A stretch of 63,766 nt of DNA, filler included, from Lama guanicoe (lineage: Eukaryota): the NCBI GenBank assembly GCA_013239625.1. It is 76 parts of 75 records of this genome, joined end to end, with 100 filler letters (N's around TTAATTAATTAA, not from the genome) between each part and the next. Parts side by side here need not be neighbours in the genome. Positions count along the whole stretch, not along the records: positions 36,013 to 36,936 come from MU054972.1; positions 37,037 to 37,495 come from PNXV01011121.1; positions 37,596 to 38,035 come from PNXV01011122.1; positions 38,136 to 38,576 come from PNXV01011123.1; positions 38,677 to 39,456 come from MU054976.1; positions 39,557 to 40,617 come from MU054977.1; positions 40,718 to 41,437 come from PNXV01011130.1; positions 41,538 to 42,673 come from MU054979.1; 68 more parts are not named here. The stretch is one strand, 5' to 3'. Below, piece by piece: positions 36,013 to 48,613 of this stretch (positions within the stretch are counted from its first letter, which is position 1; every line of letters begins with the position of its first letter). A program made the position numbers and the translations under genes. Below the pieces are notes generated by a model, which saw only the letters and a program-made list of their open reading frames with translations, was not told where the DNA came from and made no database searches.

Positions 36013-36936
36013 GGCAGCCTCTGTCCCTGGGACTTCCTGCAAATCCCCCTAGCATTTCCTGACATAGAGACATTAGGAAAACCCTCAGGGGAGACGAGCG
36101 TAGGCATTCAGTTAGAACCGACACGCTGCCGACCGTTGGTGGAACCTCCCCACGCTCAGGATTCCGGAACCATTGTCAATGCGTGGGGGAGCTCGAGAGA
36201 CAACTCCACGCAGCTCTCTTCAGACACANNNNNNNNNNNNNNNNNNNNNNNNNNNNNNNNNNNNNNNNNNNNNNNNNNNNNNNNNNNNNNNNNNNNNNNN
36301 NNNNNNNNNNNNNNNNNNNNNNNNNNNNNNNNNNNNNNNNNNNNNNNNNNNNNNNNNNNNNNNNNNNNNNNNNNNNNNNNNNNNNNNNCCGACCGTTGGT
36401 GGAACCTCCACACGCTCAGGATTCCGGAACCGTTATCAAGTGCGTGGGGGAGCTCTAGAGACAACTCCACGCAGCTCTCTTCAGTCACAGGTGTTCCCTG
36501 TTCTGGGAAGTCCGAGAAATACCTTCCCTGATCTTGGGATGGCAGCCTCTGTCCCTGGGAATGGCTGCAAACGCCCCTAGCATTCCCCGGCACAGAGACA
36601 TTAGGAAAACACTCAGGAAAGACGAGCTTAGGCATTCCGTTAGAACACACGCGCAGCCGACCGTTGGTAGAACCTCCCCACGCTCAGGATTCCGGAACCG
36701 TTATCAAGTGCGTGGGGGAGCTCTAGAGACAACTCCACGCAGCTCTCTTCAGTTACAGGTGTTCCCTGTTCGGGGAAGTCCGAGAAATACCTTCCCTGAT
36801 CTTGGGATGGCAGCCTCTGTCCCTGGGAATGGCTGCAAACGCCCCTAGCATTCCCCGGCACAGAGACATTAGGAAAACACTCAGGAAAGACGAGCTTAGG
36901 CATTCCGTTAGAACACACGCGCAGCCGACCGTTGGT
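36013..36936 (+). repeat. ~267/268-bp satellite; near-identical 268-bp variant monomers at 36389-36936
   Basis: GACCGTTGGT at 36391, 36659 and 36927 (period 268). Confidence 0.95.
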
Positions 36937-37036
36937 NNNNNNNNNNNNNNNNNNNNNNNNNNNNNNNNNNNNNNNNNNNNTTAATTAATTAANNNNNNNN
37001 NNNNNNNNNNNNNNNNNNNNNNNNNNNNNNNNNNNN

Positions 37037-37495
37037 CACTCCATACATATATATGGGGAGGAACAAGCCCCAACTCGGCATTACAGTGCAAACGGCAGGC
37101 ACTTCAAACTGGCATTAGGAAACAGACTGAGAAACCAGAGTAAGTGTTACTCCTGCAACCCGTTCCCTTTGTGCTGTATAAACGAACGTCTCTCCACATG
37201 CTCAGTTCTGAGAGATGAGTGTGTAAAAGCCATCCTTCAGCTAGCTTGAAGGGAATACAAAGTTTCTTGTCATTTGCCAACTCCACTCGATACATATATA
37301 TATGGGGAGGAAAAAGCTCCAACTCGGCATTATAGAGCAAACTGTAGGAATTTCAAACTGGCACTAGGAAACAGACTGAGAAACCAGAGTAAGGGTTTCT
37401 CCTACTACACGTTCCCTTTGTGCTAGATGAATGAAAGTCTCTCCATATGCTCAGTTCTGAGAGATTTGTGTGTGTGAAAGCCGTCCTTAACCCAT
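37037..37495 (+). repeat. ~249-bp satellite
   Basis: Same monomer and same variant order as 4660-4954. Confidence 0.93.
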
Positions 37496-37595
37496 NNNNN
37501 NNNNNNNNNNNNNNNNNNNNNNNNNNNNNNNNNNNNNNNTTAATTAATTAANNNNNNNNNNNNNNNNNNNNNNNNNNNNNNNNNNNNNNNNNNNN

Positions 37596-38035
37596 CAACA
37601 TGACACATATCTAATAAAGGAAGGACAAAATTCACAAGACAATGACAGTACACAAAGAAAAATCATTTGAAAAATTCAACATGCTTTCATCATCAGAACT
37701 CTCATGAAAGTGAGTACAATGGGAACATCTCTCAACATACTAAAGGCCATTTATAACTATTTATAATAGGGGAAATGCTGAAAGCCTTCTGGGTAAATTC
37801 GGGAATACAAGGATTGCTACTCTCAGCACTTGTGTTCAATAGTAATAGAAGAAAGGAAAAGAAAAAGAAATAAAAGAAATGCAAAATGGAAAAAAGAGTC
37901 AAAATTGTCACCATTACAGATGGCATAACAATCTACATAGAGTGTCCTAAGGGCTCCACATTGACTATTATGAACAATAAATAATATCATCAACGAAGCA
38001 GGGTACAAGATAAATGTAAAGAAGTCTCTTGCATT
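37596..38035 (+). mobile_element. Decayed L1 ORF2 RT fragment
   Basis: GAAAAATCATTTGAAAAAATTCAACATGCTTTCAT...GGAATACAAGGATTGCTACTCTCA. Confidence 0.8.
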
Positions 38036-38676
38036 NNNNNNNNNNNNNNNNNNNNNNNNNNNNNNNNNNNNNNNNNNNNTTAATTAATTAANNNNNNNNN
38101 NNNNNNNNNNNNNNNNNNNNNNNNNNNNNNNNNNNAACACTGGAAGCATATCTATGGATGTCACACATCAGGGCCTGCTGGAATCTTTCCGCAGACCTGC
38201 ATTGGCATCCTCTGTGCCGTACCGTGCCGGTGCCATCCAAAATGTAGCATCCGCTTTTGGGAGATAATGGTGAAGGTAATGCTTCCTCTTCTCACGCTGT
38301 GGACTTGGACCACTCTTCCTTGTCCTCTCATCCTAGTGGCACGGTTGCACGAAGGAGTTGCGCATCCTGTGCCTCAAACCAAACCATAATCCCAGCCCAG
38401 GTTATGAATGTAGCAGATCTTAAGGCTTTTCATTCTGATTTCAAACCCAAGGCCCATGGATCCCTCAGACCAGATGCACGATAGCTCTGATTCAGCCCCA
38501 CAGGTGCTCTATTGACAAAATGCCCAGATGGTCTCTGGTCCTGCAGATGCACTGGGTGTGGCCATGGGACATATCGNNNNNNNNNNNNNNNNNNNNNNNN
38601 NNNNNNNNNNNNNNNNNNNNTTAATTAATTAANNNNNNNNNNNNNNNNNNNNNNNNNNNNNNNNNNNNNNNNNNNN

Positions 38677-39456
38677 TTTGCAAATGAAATCGACAAAGGC
38701 TTGATCTCCAGAATATATAAGTAGCACATACGACTTGATAAGAAAAAAACAAACAACCCAATCCAAAAATGGGCAGAAGACCTAAACAAGCAATTCTCCA
38801 AGGAAGGAATACAAATGATCAATAGGTGCATGAAAAAAATGCTTAATATCACTAATTATCAGGGAAATGCAAATCAAAACTACAATGAGATATCACCTTA
38901 CACACTGAGAATGGTCATCATTCCAAAGTCCACAAATGACAAATGCTGGAGAGGCTGTGGAGAAAAGGGAACTCTCCTACACTGCTGGTGGGAATGCAGT
39001 TTGGTGTAGCNNNNNNNNNNNNNNNNNNNNNNNNNNNNNNNNNNNNNNNNNNNNNNNNNNNNNNNNNNNNNNNNNNNNNNNNNNNNNNNNNNNNNNNNNN
39101 NNNNNNNNNNNNNNNNNNNNNNNNNNNNNNNNNNNNNNNNNNNNNNNNNNNNNNNNNNNNNNNNNNNNNNNNNNNNNNNNNNNNNNNNNNNNNNNNNNNN
39201 NNNNNNNNNNNNNNNNNNNNNNNNNNNNNNNNNNNNNNNNNNNNNNNNNNNNNNNNNNNNNNNNNNNNNNNNNAAAACAACAATGCCATTTGCAGCAGCA
39301 TGGATGTTCCTGGACAATGTCACTCTAAGGGAAGTAAGCCAGAAAGAGAAAGAAAAATGCAATAAGACACTTCTCTTATATGGTATATACAAAGAAAAAA
39401 AAACATTAATACAAAACAGAAACAGACTCATAGACATATAATACAAACTTGTGGTT
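38677..39456 (+). mobile_element. L1 ORF2 3' end and 3'UTR
   Basis: AACAACCCAATCCAAAAATGGGCAGAAGACC; peptide [20 protein letters not shown]. Confidence 0.92.
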
Positions 39457-39556
39457 NNNNNNNNNNNNNNNNNNNNNNNNNNNNNNNNNNNNNNNNNNNN
39501 TTAATTAATTAANNNNNNNNNNNNNNNNNNNNNNNNNNNNNNNNNNNNNNNNNNNN

Positions 39557-40617
39557 CATTCCATTTTCTAATTTCTATATTCAGTATTCTGTATTCTATA
39601 TTCTAGATACTGTGTTCTGCATTCTATATTCTAAATTCTATATTCAGTATTCTATATTCTATACNNNNNNNNNNNNNNNNNNNNNNNNNNNNNNNNNNNN
39701 NNNNNNNNNNNNNNNNNNNNNNNNNNNNNNNNNNNNNNNNNNNNNNNNNNNNNNNNNNNNNNNNNNNNNNNNNNNNNNNNNNNNNNNNNNNNNNNNNNNN
39801 NNNNNNNNNNNNNNNNNNNNNNNNNNNNNNNNNNNNNNNNNNNNNNNNNNNNNNNNNNNNNNNNNNNNNNNNNNNNNNNNNNNNNNNNNNNNNNNNNNNN
39901 NNNNNNNNNNNNNNNNNNNNNNNNNNNNNNNNNNNNNNNNNNNNNNNNNNNNNNNNNNNNNNNNNNNNNNNNNNNNNNNNNNNNNNNNNNNNNNNNNNNN
40001 NNNNNNNNNNNNNNNNNNNNNNNNNNNNNNNNNNNNNNNNNNNNNNNNNNNNNNNNNNNNNNNNNNNNNNNNNNNNNNNNNNNNNNNNNNNNNNNNNNNN
40101 NNNNNNNNNNNNNNNNNNNNNNNNNNNNNNNNNNNNNNNNNNNNNNNNNNNNNNNNNNNNNNNNNNNNNNNNNNNNNNNNNNNNNNNNNNNNNNNNNNNN
40201 NNNNNNNNNNNNNNNNNNNNNNNNNNNNNNNNNNNNNNNNNNNNNNNNNNNNNNNNNNNNNNNNNNNNNNNNNNNNNNNNNNNNNNNNNNNNNNNNNNNN
40301 NNNNNNNNNNNNNNNNNNNNNNNNNNNNNNNNNNNNNNNNNNNNNNNNNNNNNNNNNNNNNNNNNNNNNNNNNNNNNNNNNNNNNNNNNNNNNNNNNNNN
40401 NNNNNNNNNNNNNNNNNNNNNNNNNNNNNNNNAAATTCTATATTCAGTATTCTGTATTCTATAGTCTAAATTCTACATTCAGTATTCTGCATGGTATATT
40501 CTATATTCTGTGCTCTGCATTCCATGTTCTAAATTCTGGCTCCTATATTCTCTTTTCTATATTCTACATTTTTGTTATTCATTCTATATTCTACATTAAA
40601 TATACTGCATTCAGTAT
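39557..40617 (-). repeat. AT-rich 7-bp-periodic satellite
   Basis: Same units flanking a long N gap. Confidence 0.9.
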
Positions 40618-40797
40618 NNNNNNNNNNNNNNNNNNNNNNNNNNNNNNNNNNNNNNNNNNNNTTAATTAATTAANNNNNNNNNNNNNNNNNNNNNNNNNNN
40701 NNNNNNNNNNNNNNNNNCTCACTGAATCTTAATATTTGAACCACAAGGAACCCTATAAGACTTTTTTCCATGCGTTAACTATCAGCTCTGTATATGC

Positions 40798-40822
40798 GTG
40801 TGTGTGTGTGTGTGTGTGTGTG
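40798..40822. repeat. (TG)n microsatellite
   Basis: About 12 perfect TG units. Confidence 0.95.
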
Positions 40823-40892
40823 GCTGACTGATGCTGAGAGGTCATGGGAGTTCTACATTAAAAAGAAAAATGAATCCTCCTCTTCAAACTGG

Positions 40893-41366
40893 TCCTATTA
40901 CTTTCCTGGGGCTTTCATAACAAATTCAATGAGCCTGGTAACTCGAAACAAATAAATTTATTATTTTATTGTTCTAGAGGCCAGAAGTCTGAAATCAAGG
41001 TGTTGGCACGGACGTGCTCCCCCTGAAGGTTTTAGGGGAGGAGACTTCTTGTCTCTTTCAGCTTCTAGTTGCTCCCAGAAACCCTTAGCTTCCTTGGCAT
41101 CTTCGCTCTAATCTCTGTCAATCACCCTGGTCACATTGCTTCTTCCTCTTCATGTGTCCCCGTGTCTTCTCTTCTGTATCTTCTAAGGGCACCTCTTATT
41201 GTATTTAAGGCACATCCCGCTAATCCAAGATAATCTCCCTCATCTCAAGATCCTTAACTTAATTACACAGACAAATACCCTTTTTCCAATTAAGGTCACA
41301 TTCATAGGTTCTGGGATTTAGGAAAAGGACATATCATTTTGCAGGTCACTAATCTATTCACTATAC
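40893..41366. mobile_element. MLT1-type (MaLR) solo LTR
   Basis: GTTCTAGAGGCCAGAAGTCTGAAATCAAGGTGTTGGCA...TAATCCAAGATAATCTCCC...CTTAACTTAATTACA...AAGGTCACATTCATAGGTTCTGGGATTTAGGA. Confidence 0.88.
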
Positions 41367-41537
41367 TAGAGAAAGGAGGAAAAAAGGAGAAAAAATGGAC
41401 ATAGATCCCCCACATTGGAGATTTATACCTTGTCTAANNNNNNNNNNNNNNNNNNNNNNNNNNNNNNNNNNNNNNNNNNNNTTAATTAATTAANNNNNNN
41501 NNNNNNNNNNNNNNNNNNNNNNNNNNNNNNNNNNNNN

Positions 41538-42673
41538 AGACAACTCCACGCAGCTCTCTTAAGTCACAGTTGTTCCCTGTTAGGGGGAATTCGGAGAAAT
41601 ACATTCCCTGACCTTGGGGAGGCAGCCTCTGTCACTGGGATTTCCTGCAAACCACCCTAAAATTCCCTGGCACAGAGACATTAGGAAAAAACCCAGGGGA
41701 GTCGAGCTTAGGCATTTTGTTAGAACCCATGCGCTGCTGACCGTTGGGGGAACCTCCCCACGCTCAGGATTCCGGAACCATAGTCAGTACGTGGGGGAGC
41801 TTGAGAGACAAATCCACGCTGGTCTCTTCATTCACATGTGTTCCCTGAACGGGGAAGCCCGAGAAATAACTTCCCTGACCTTGCGGAGGCAGGCTCTGTC
41901 AATGGGATTGCCTGCAAAACCCCTAGCATTCCCTGGCACAGAGGCATTAGGAAAAAACCCAGGGAGATGAGCATAGGCATTCCATTAGAACCCACGCGCT
42001 GCCGAACGTTGGTGGAACCTCCCCACGCTCAGAATTCCGGAACCATTCTCAGTGCGTGGAGAGCTCGAGAGACAACTCCACGCAGCTCTCTTAAGTCACA
42101 GGTGTGCCCTGTTAGGGGGAATTCTGAGAAATACCATCCCTGACCTTGGGGAGGCAGCCTCTGTCACTGGGATTGCCTGCAAACACCCTAGCATTCCCTG
42201 GCACAGTGACATTTGGATAAAAACCAGGGGAGACGAGCTTAGGCATTCCGTTAGAACCCAAGGGCTGCCGACCGTTGGTGGAACCTCCACACGCTCAGGA
42301 TTCCGGGACCATAGTTAGTGCGTGGGGAGCTCGAGAGACAATTCCACGCAGATCTCTTCAGTCACAGGTGTTCCCTNNNNNNNNNNNNNNNNNNNNNNNN
42401 NNNNNNNNNNNNNNNNNNNNNNNNNNNNNNNNNNNNNNNNNNNNNNNNNNNNNNNNNNNNNNNNNNNNNNNNNNNNNNNNNNNNNNNNNNNNNNNNNNNN
42501 NNNNNNNNNNNNNNNNNNNNNNNNNNNNNNNNNNNNNNNNNNNNNNNNNNNNNNNNNNNNNNCGTTGGTGGAACCTCCCCACGCTCAGGATTCCGGAACC
42601 ATTGTCAGTGCGTGGGGGACCTCCAGATACAACTCCACGCAGCTCTCTTCAGTCACAGGTGTTCCCTGTTAGG
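41538..42673 (+). repeat. ~267-bp satellite (GGAAAAAACCCAGGG variant)
   Basis: About three monomers with the family motifs. Confidence 0.93.
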
Positions 42674-42773
42674 NNNNNNNNNNNNNNNNNNNNNNNNNNN
42701 NNNNNNNNNNNNNNNNNTTAATTAATTAANNNNNNNNNNNNNNNNNNNNNNNNNNNNNNNNNNNNNNNNNNNN

Positions 42774-43508
42774 ATACTTAGTTTTAGATCCCAAATCCCA
42801 CTTTAAACCACACACTGGCCTATTCAAACCATCAGGAAAGACAAGCAAAGGGATTCTATTAAAACCAAGACGCTGATGTCAGTTGGAGGAACTACCCCAC
42901 CCTCAGGATACTGGAACCCAACCTTGTGTGGTGGGGAGATNNNNNNNNNNNNNNNNNNNNNNNNNNNNNNNNNNNNNNNNNNNNNNNNNNNNNNNNNNNN
43001 NNNNNNNNNNNNNNNNNNNNNNNNNNNNNNNNNNNNNNNNNNNNNNNNNNNNNNNNNNNNNNNNNNNNNNNNNNNNNNNNNNNNNNNNNNNNNNNNNNNN
43101 NNNNNNNNNNNNNNNNNNNNNNNNNNNNNNNNNNNNNNNNNNNNNNNNNNNNNNNNNNNNNNNNNNNNNNNNNNNNNNNNNNNNNNNNNNNNNNNNNNNN
43201 NNNNNNNNNNNNNNNNNNNNNNNNNNNNNNNNNNNNNNNNNNNNNNNNNNNNNNNNNNNNNNNNNNNNNNNNNNNNNNNNNNNNNNNNNNNNNNNNNNNN
43301 NNNNNNNNNNNNNNNNNNNNNNNNNNNNNNNNNNNNNNNNNNNNNNNNNNNNNNNNNNAGGGTAGACAAGTTAAGCGATTTTATAAGAACCAAGGCCCTG
43401 CTCTCAGTTGGAGGAGGCTGCCCACTCTTAGGATAACTGTGCAAGTGTTTGTGTGTGTTCTGGAGGTGTGGAAACAGACTCCATGTATATTTATGGGGGC
43501 ACAGGTGT
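42774..43508 (+). repeat. Highly diverged relic monomers of the 267-bp satellite
   Basis: AGACAAGC..GGATTCTATTAAAACCAAG..CAGTTGGAGGAACTACCCCACCCTCAGGATACTGGAACC aligns with AGACGAGC..GCATTCCGTTAGAACCCAC..CCGTTGGTGGAACCTCCCCACGCTCAGGATTCCGGAACC. A second copy lies at 43359-43508. Confidence 0.78.
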
Positions 43509-44670
43509 NNNNNNNNNNNNNNNNNNNNNNNNNNNNNNNNNNNNNNNNNNNNTTAATTAATTAANNNNNNNNNNNNNNNNNNNNNNNNNNNNNNNNNNNN
43601 NNNNNNNNGGTAAAGTTACAGTCAGGGGGAGATTCATCTCTAAGGGAATAAAAAGTAGAAAGAGTTACTAGTGAAAGAAAGAAAATAATGTCAGGGAAAA
43701 ATTTTTTTTTTAATTCTTGAGGGAAATATATTAAGGAAAAATCAAAGAACAGTACAAATTTAAGAATAAAAAGATTTTCTAAATAAAATGTGGCCACATA
43801 ACAAAGACAAGGGGAAGATTAAAGACTATCTAAGATATTATCAAAGGGACAATTACAATATATAAAGATAGCAGGATTCTATGTGAGCATGGAGATTATA
43901 TAAAAATAATGACACTCAAGAGAACACAGGAGGAAAACATTTGAGTTCAGATAATAGATACATTAAAGGCATATATTTAGGAAAATGTTTGAAATATGAG
44001 TAAAAGAAGGCTTACTTTGATTTGTTGAGAAAAATAACAACCAAATACACATTTTAAGAGTAAACACAGTTCTTTTGCATACTAATAGTTTTATATATAT
44101 ATAGTTTTGATTTATATCTGTGGCCTTGATTTCTTACTTAGGCCAAGTGTAAGTAATGAAAACAAAGAAAGTTCTCAATATTCACATCTGGGATGGCATT
44201 TCCTCAGTATATAACAAATTACGGCTAGAATGATGAGACATTTACATCTGCGCATGTTAAATTCACAACGGATTTAAGCCATGTTAGTGGGGATACTGAC
44301 TATGTCTGCACTAGGGTACATACAACTGGAATGCAAAGGAGTCATAATCACTACCATATAGGTGTTATTTAAAGTGAAAAAGACCACATTAAAAATGACT
44401 ATAGAAAGAGAAATAGAAGGATTCTGAAGCCTAATCCCTAGAGATTTCAACCTTTAGGAGTCTAACAGAGATTTAAAAATGGGGGAAAAAATGAAGACTT
44501 ACAACTTGTCAAGCAATGTGTTAAGGAATCTTTAAATACTTCTAATTGGACAGTTTGGATTATTTATAGTNNNNNNNNNNNNNNNNNNNNNNNNNNNNNN
44601 NNNNNNNNNNNNNNTTAATTAATTAANNNNNNNNNNNNNNNNNNNNNNNNNNNNNNNNNNNNNNNNNNNN

Positions 44671-45186
44671 GTCTGTGATCCATTTTGAATTAATTTTTAT
44701 TTGTTATATAAAATATGGGAGTCCAGATTTCAGATTCATTCTTTTGTCTTCAGATACCCAGCTGTCCCTGTACCATTTGTTGAATAGACTATTCTTTCAA
44801 TGGAGTGTTGTTGGCCCCCTTGTGGAAAACTGTCTGTAAATGTAAGTTTTTTCCCCCTGGGTTTTTATTAGTCTCATAGATTTATTTTTTCAAACTTATG
44901 CCAGAAGCATACTGACTTAGTACTATAGCTTTTTAGTACACTTTAAAGTGAGTCCTCCAACTTTGCTCTGCTTTTTCAAGATTATTTTGGCTGACATGAG
45001 CCCCTTGCACTTCCATATGAATTTTGGGACACGTTTTTCAATTTTTGCAAAGAAGTCAGCTGGAATTTTGATAGGGATTCCACTGAATTTGTAAACCACT
45101 TTGGAGAGTCTTAACATTTTTAACAATATTGTCTTTTATTCCATGAACATGGGATGTCTTCCATATATGTAGATCTTTTAAATTTT
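44671..45186 (-). mobile_element. L1 ORF2 fragment (antisense)
   Basis: Peptide YKFSGIPIKIPADFF..IEKR.PKFIWKCKG...AK.IL.K.SKVGGLTL. Confidence 0.88.
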
Positions 45187-46062
45187 NNNNNNNNNNNNNN
45201 NNNNNNNNNNNNNNNNNNNNNNNNNNNNNNTTAATTAATTAANNNNNNNNNNNNNNNNNNNNNNNNNNNNNNNNNNNNNNNNNNNNTAAGATCATCACAC
45301 AAGGCAGGGAAAGAGAGAAGAGGGAAGTCCAGCTGTCGGCGTCCATCAGTTTTCTTGCAGCCACAATGTGCCTCTAGGGCGGCCCCGCTAACAAGGCCCC
45401 CCATAAGGAAATCCGGCATCCACACTGCCCCTGCCGTCCCCAAGCAGCCCCGACGACCTTCTCCGAGCCTGTGAATGGTCTTCTAATGATCTCCCAGTTG
45501 GTGGCACCCTCCACCTCTTCCCTGCTACACACACACACAAAGCCAAGGCAGCCTTCCCAAATCACAAATTTGATTACATCACCCCACTTCAAACCATTCA
45601 GAGGCTCCCTGGTGGAATTCTATCCCCACCCCAGACCTTGCTCGCCCAGCCTCACCTCAGTACCCAGGTCCCCAGTGACCTCAGGGGCCCCCTGACCTGC
45701 TCCTACTTCCCACTTGCCTCCAGGCTTATTTTGACTGTTTCCCAAGGAAGCCTTCCCTCCAAATTTGTTCCTCTGTTCCTAGAATATTATAGGCTTAAGT
45801 AAACTTCTGACAATGCTAAGCTCTCAAGAAGCAAATACATTTTGCTTACTAATGTGGCTACATCCTCTCCCCTAGACTCAGAGAAGTGCGTGTGTTATGA
45901 ATAAATAAATGATGGGGTGAGTCTCAAAGTGACAGACATACCTACTCTCACCCGTCCCGACCNNNNNNNNNNNNNNNNNNNNNNNNNNNNNNNNNNNNNN
46001 NNNNNNTTAATTAATTAANNNNNNNNNNNNNNNNNNNNNNNNNNNNNNNNNNNNNNNNNNNN

Positions 46063-46634
46063 TTGAAAGAAAAAGCTGCCAACCAAGAATATTTTACCTG
46101 GTACACTTACCTGTCAGAATTGAAGGAGACACAAAAAGTTTCCCAAACAAAAGCTGAAGGGATTCATGACTCAACCAGCCTTACAAGAAAGGTTAAAGAG
46201 AACGCATCAAGATGAAATGAAAGGAAGCTAATCTGTAACAGGAAAACATATGAAAGTATAAAAGTCGCTGGTAAAGGTAGTTATGTATTTAAACTCAGAA
46301 TAGTCTAATATTGTAAGAGTGGTAGGTTATCACTTATATCTCTAGTATAAAGGCTAAAAGACAAAAGTACTAAAATAATTGTATCTACAATGATTTATTA
46401 ACGAATACTCAATGTTAAAATATGTAAAAAATCAAAAACATAAAATGTGGAGTGTAAAAGCATAGAGTTTCTGTGTGAGTTTGAAGTCAGATTGTGATTA
46501 GCCTAAAATATATTCCTATAACTATGTTTTATGTAACTCTCATGGTAACTATAAAACAAAAACATGTCGTAGATAAATAAAAGATAAAAAGGAAGGAGTC
46601 AAATCACACAAATACAGAAAATCATCAAATCAAG
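46063..46634 (+). mobile_element. L1 ORF1 end and inter-ORF region
   Basis: GCCAACCAAGAATATTTTACC...GAAGGAGA...AAAAGCTGAAGGGATTCAT...CCAGCCTTACAAGAAA. Confidence 0.8.
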
Positions 46635-46828
46635 NNNNNNNNNNNNNNNNNNNNNNNNNNNNNNNNNNNNNNNNNNNNTTAATTAATTAANNNNNNNNNN
46701 NNNNNNNNNNNNNNNNNNNNNNNNNNNNNNNNNNCAGATACAAGAACTGCTCATCCAGAGAACAGGCATCAGAGAGTGCTGCGATAGTGCTGGGCAGCAC
46801 TTTCCAGGTCGGGAATGAGTCCTGATTC

Positions 46829-47535
46829 GTACGTAAATGCCCAGGAGTGGGATTGCTGGAACACATGGAACATAAGTCTATTTTCAGTTTTTAAAGGAAC
46901 CTCCATAACGTCCTCCATCTACACTCACTGCACCAATCTACACTCACACCAGCACTGTGGGAGGGTTACTTTTTCTACACACCCGCTTCAGGATCTTTCA
47001 ATTGCAGACTTGTCAATGATGGCTATTCTGGCTGTTGTGAGGTGATACCTCATTGTAGTTTTGCTCTTCATTTCTCTTACAGTCAGTGATACTGAGCATT
47101 TTTTTTCATGTGCCTATTGGCCATTTGTATGTCTTCATTGGAGAATTGCTTGTTTAGGTCTTTTGCCCATTTTTGGATCGGGTTGCTTGTTTCTTTCATA
47201 TAAGGTGTATGAGCTGTTTGTATTTTTTGGAAATTAGTCCCTTGTCAGTAACATCATTTGCAAATATTTTCTCCCATTCTGTAGGTTGTTTTTTCATGTT
47301 GTTGATGGTTTCCTTAGCTGTGGAAAAGATTTTAAGTTTAATTAGATCCCACTTGTTTATTTTTACTTTTATTTTCAGTACTCAAAGAGCTGGTTCAAAA
47401 AATATTTTGCTGTTATGTATGTCCATGAGTGTTCTGCTTGTGTTTTCCCCCAGGGGTTTTATAGTATCTGGTCTTATATTTAGGTGTTTCATCCATTTTG
47501 AGTTTATTTTTGTACATGGTATTGTAGAATGTTCT
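46829..47535 (-). mobile_element. L1 ORF2 3' region (antisense)
   Basis: GTGAGGTGATACCTCATTGTAGTTTTG...TTTGCAAATATTTTCTCCCATTCTGTAGGTTG...CCATTTTGAGTTTATTTTTGTA. Confidence 0.92.
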
Positions 47536-48613
47536 NNNNNNNNNNNNNNNNNNNNNNNNNNNNNNNNNNNNNNNNNNNNTTAATTAATTAANNNNNNNNN
47601 NNNNNNNNNNNNNNNNNNNNNNNNNNNNNNNNNNNGGATGATCATATAGAAATAAAAAAGGAGAATCACGTTTGGCCTAAGAACACTTCCTTAACAAAAC
47701 GAAAGGACAGAATCATACTCAGAGCAAAAATTAAAATCCATTTATACCATCAACCCTCCCACTCTTTTATACACTGTCCTCATGTAATCTGCCAGATGGC
47801 GCCCTGGAGAAGGCCCTTTGTCCGGAACTCGTGCTCATTTTCAGAGCTCGGCCAAGAGGGAGGTTGGTCCCCAGGGCCTGAGAGGGGCTATATGTGAAAT
47901 CTTCTCTGCTGAGACCCACCGGACTGAAGGGAACGGTGTGCTCTGAGGGAGAGAGCACACACCGAGCCTCTGTGGAGTCATCTCTGAGATCATCCCAAAG
48001 GCACACAGCTCTAACTCTGTACACGGGAATTTTTGATTGGCATCTTAGTTGGAAATCTCCTCCTGGATAGAAAGAAGCAGATTCAAGATGTTGCAATTGG
48101 ATGGGCAGGTCGGCCTCTCGAATTTGTCGATGAGAGGGGGACAAGCAATTCTCTGCAGAAGTAGGAACACCCATCCCTGCTCTGCTGACTTCATCTACAG
48201 AGAAACAGAGACGCGGCTCTAGGGGGTATTCAACACCCAACCAGCAGTTCTTACCGAAGTCAACGTCCCCACTTTATTCTCCTGTCAGGTCTCTGCACAA
48301 AAACTGTGACTCAGCCCCAAATATCACATACCCATCACCCTGAACCACTCTGTGTCTGTGTCCAACTGAAGCATTAATGCCTGTGAACGTTATTGTCAAA
48401 TCGTGTCCCCCTTTCAGCCCGTCTCCCGCCATCATCCTAGCCGAACCTCGGTGTCTCTCTCCAGGCAGCACTCTTCCCACTGGCTTCCCATCAGCTTACC
48501 TTGCCCTGCTTCCNNNNNNNNNNNNNNNNNNNNNNNNNNNNNNNNNNNNNNNNNNNNTTAATTAATTAANNNNNNNNNNNNNNNNNNNNNNNNNNNNNNN
48601 NNNNNNNNNNNNN

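Noticed and set aside
36768..36784. CENP-B-box-like GTTCGGGGAAGTCCGAG in the 267-bp satellite
   Set aside because: Only 7 of the 9 essential positions match (CCGA instead of CGGG), and the TTCG is not constant between monomers.
47767..48240. 157-aa minus-strand ORF without Ns
   Set aside because: It has a non-ATG start and no recognisable domain, codon bias or splice context.
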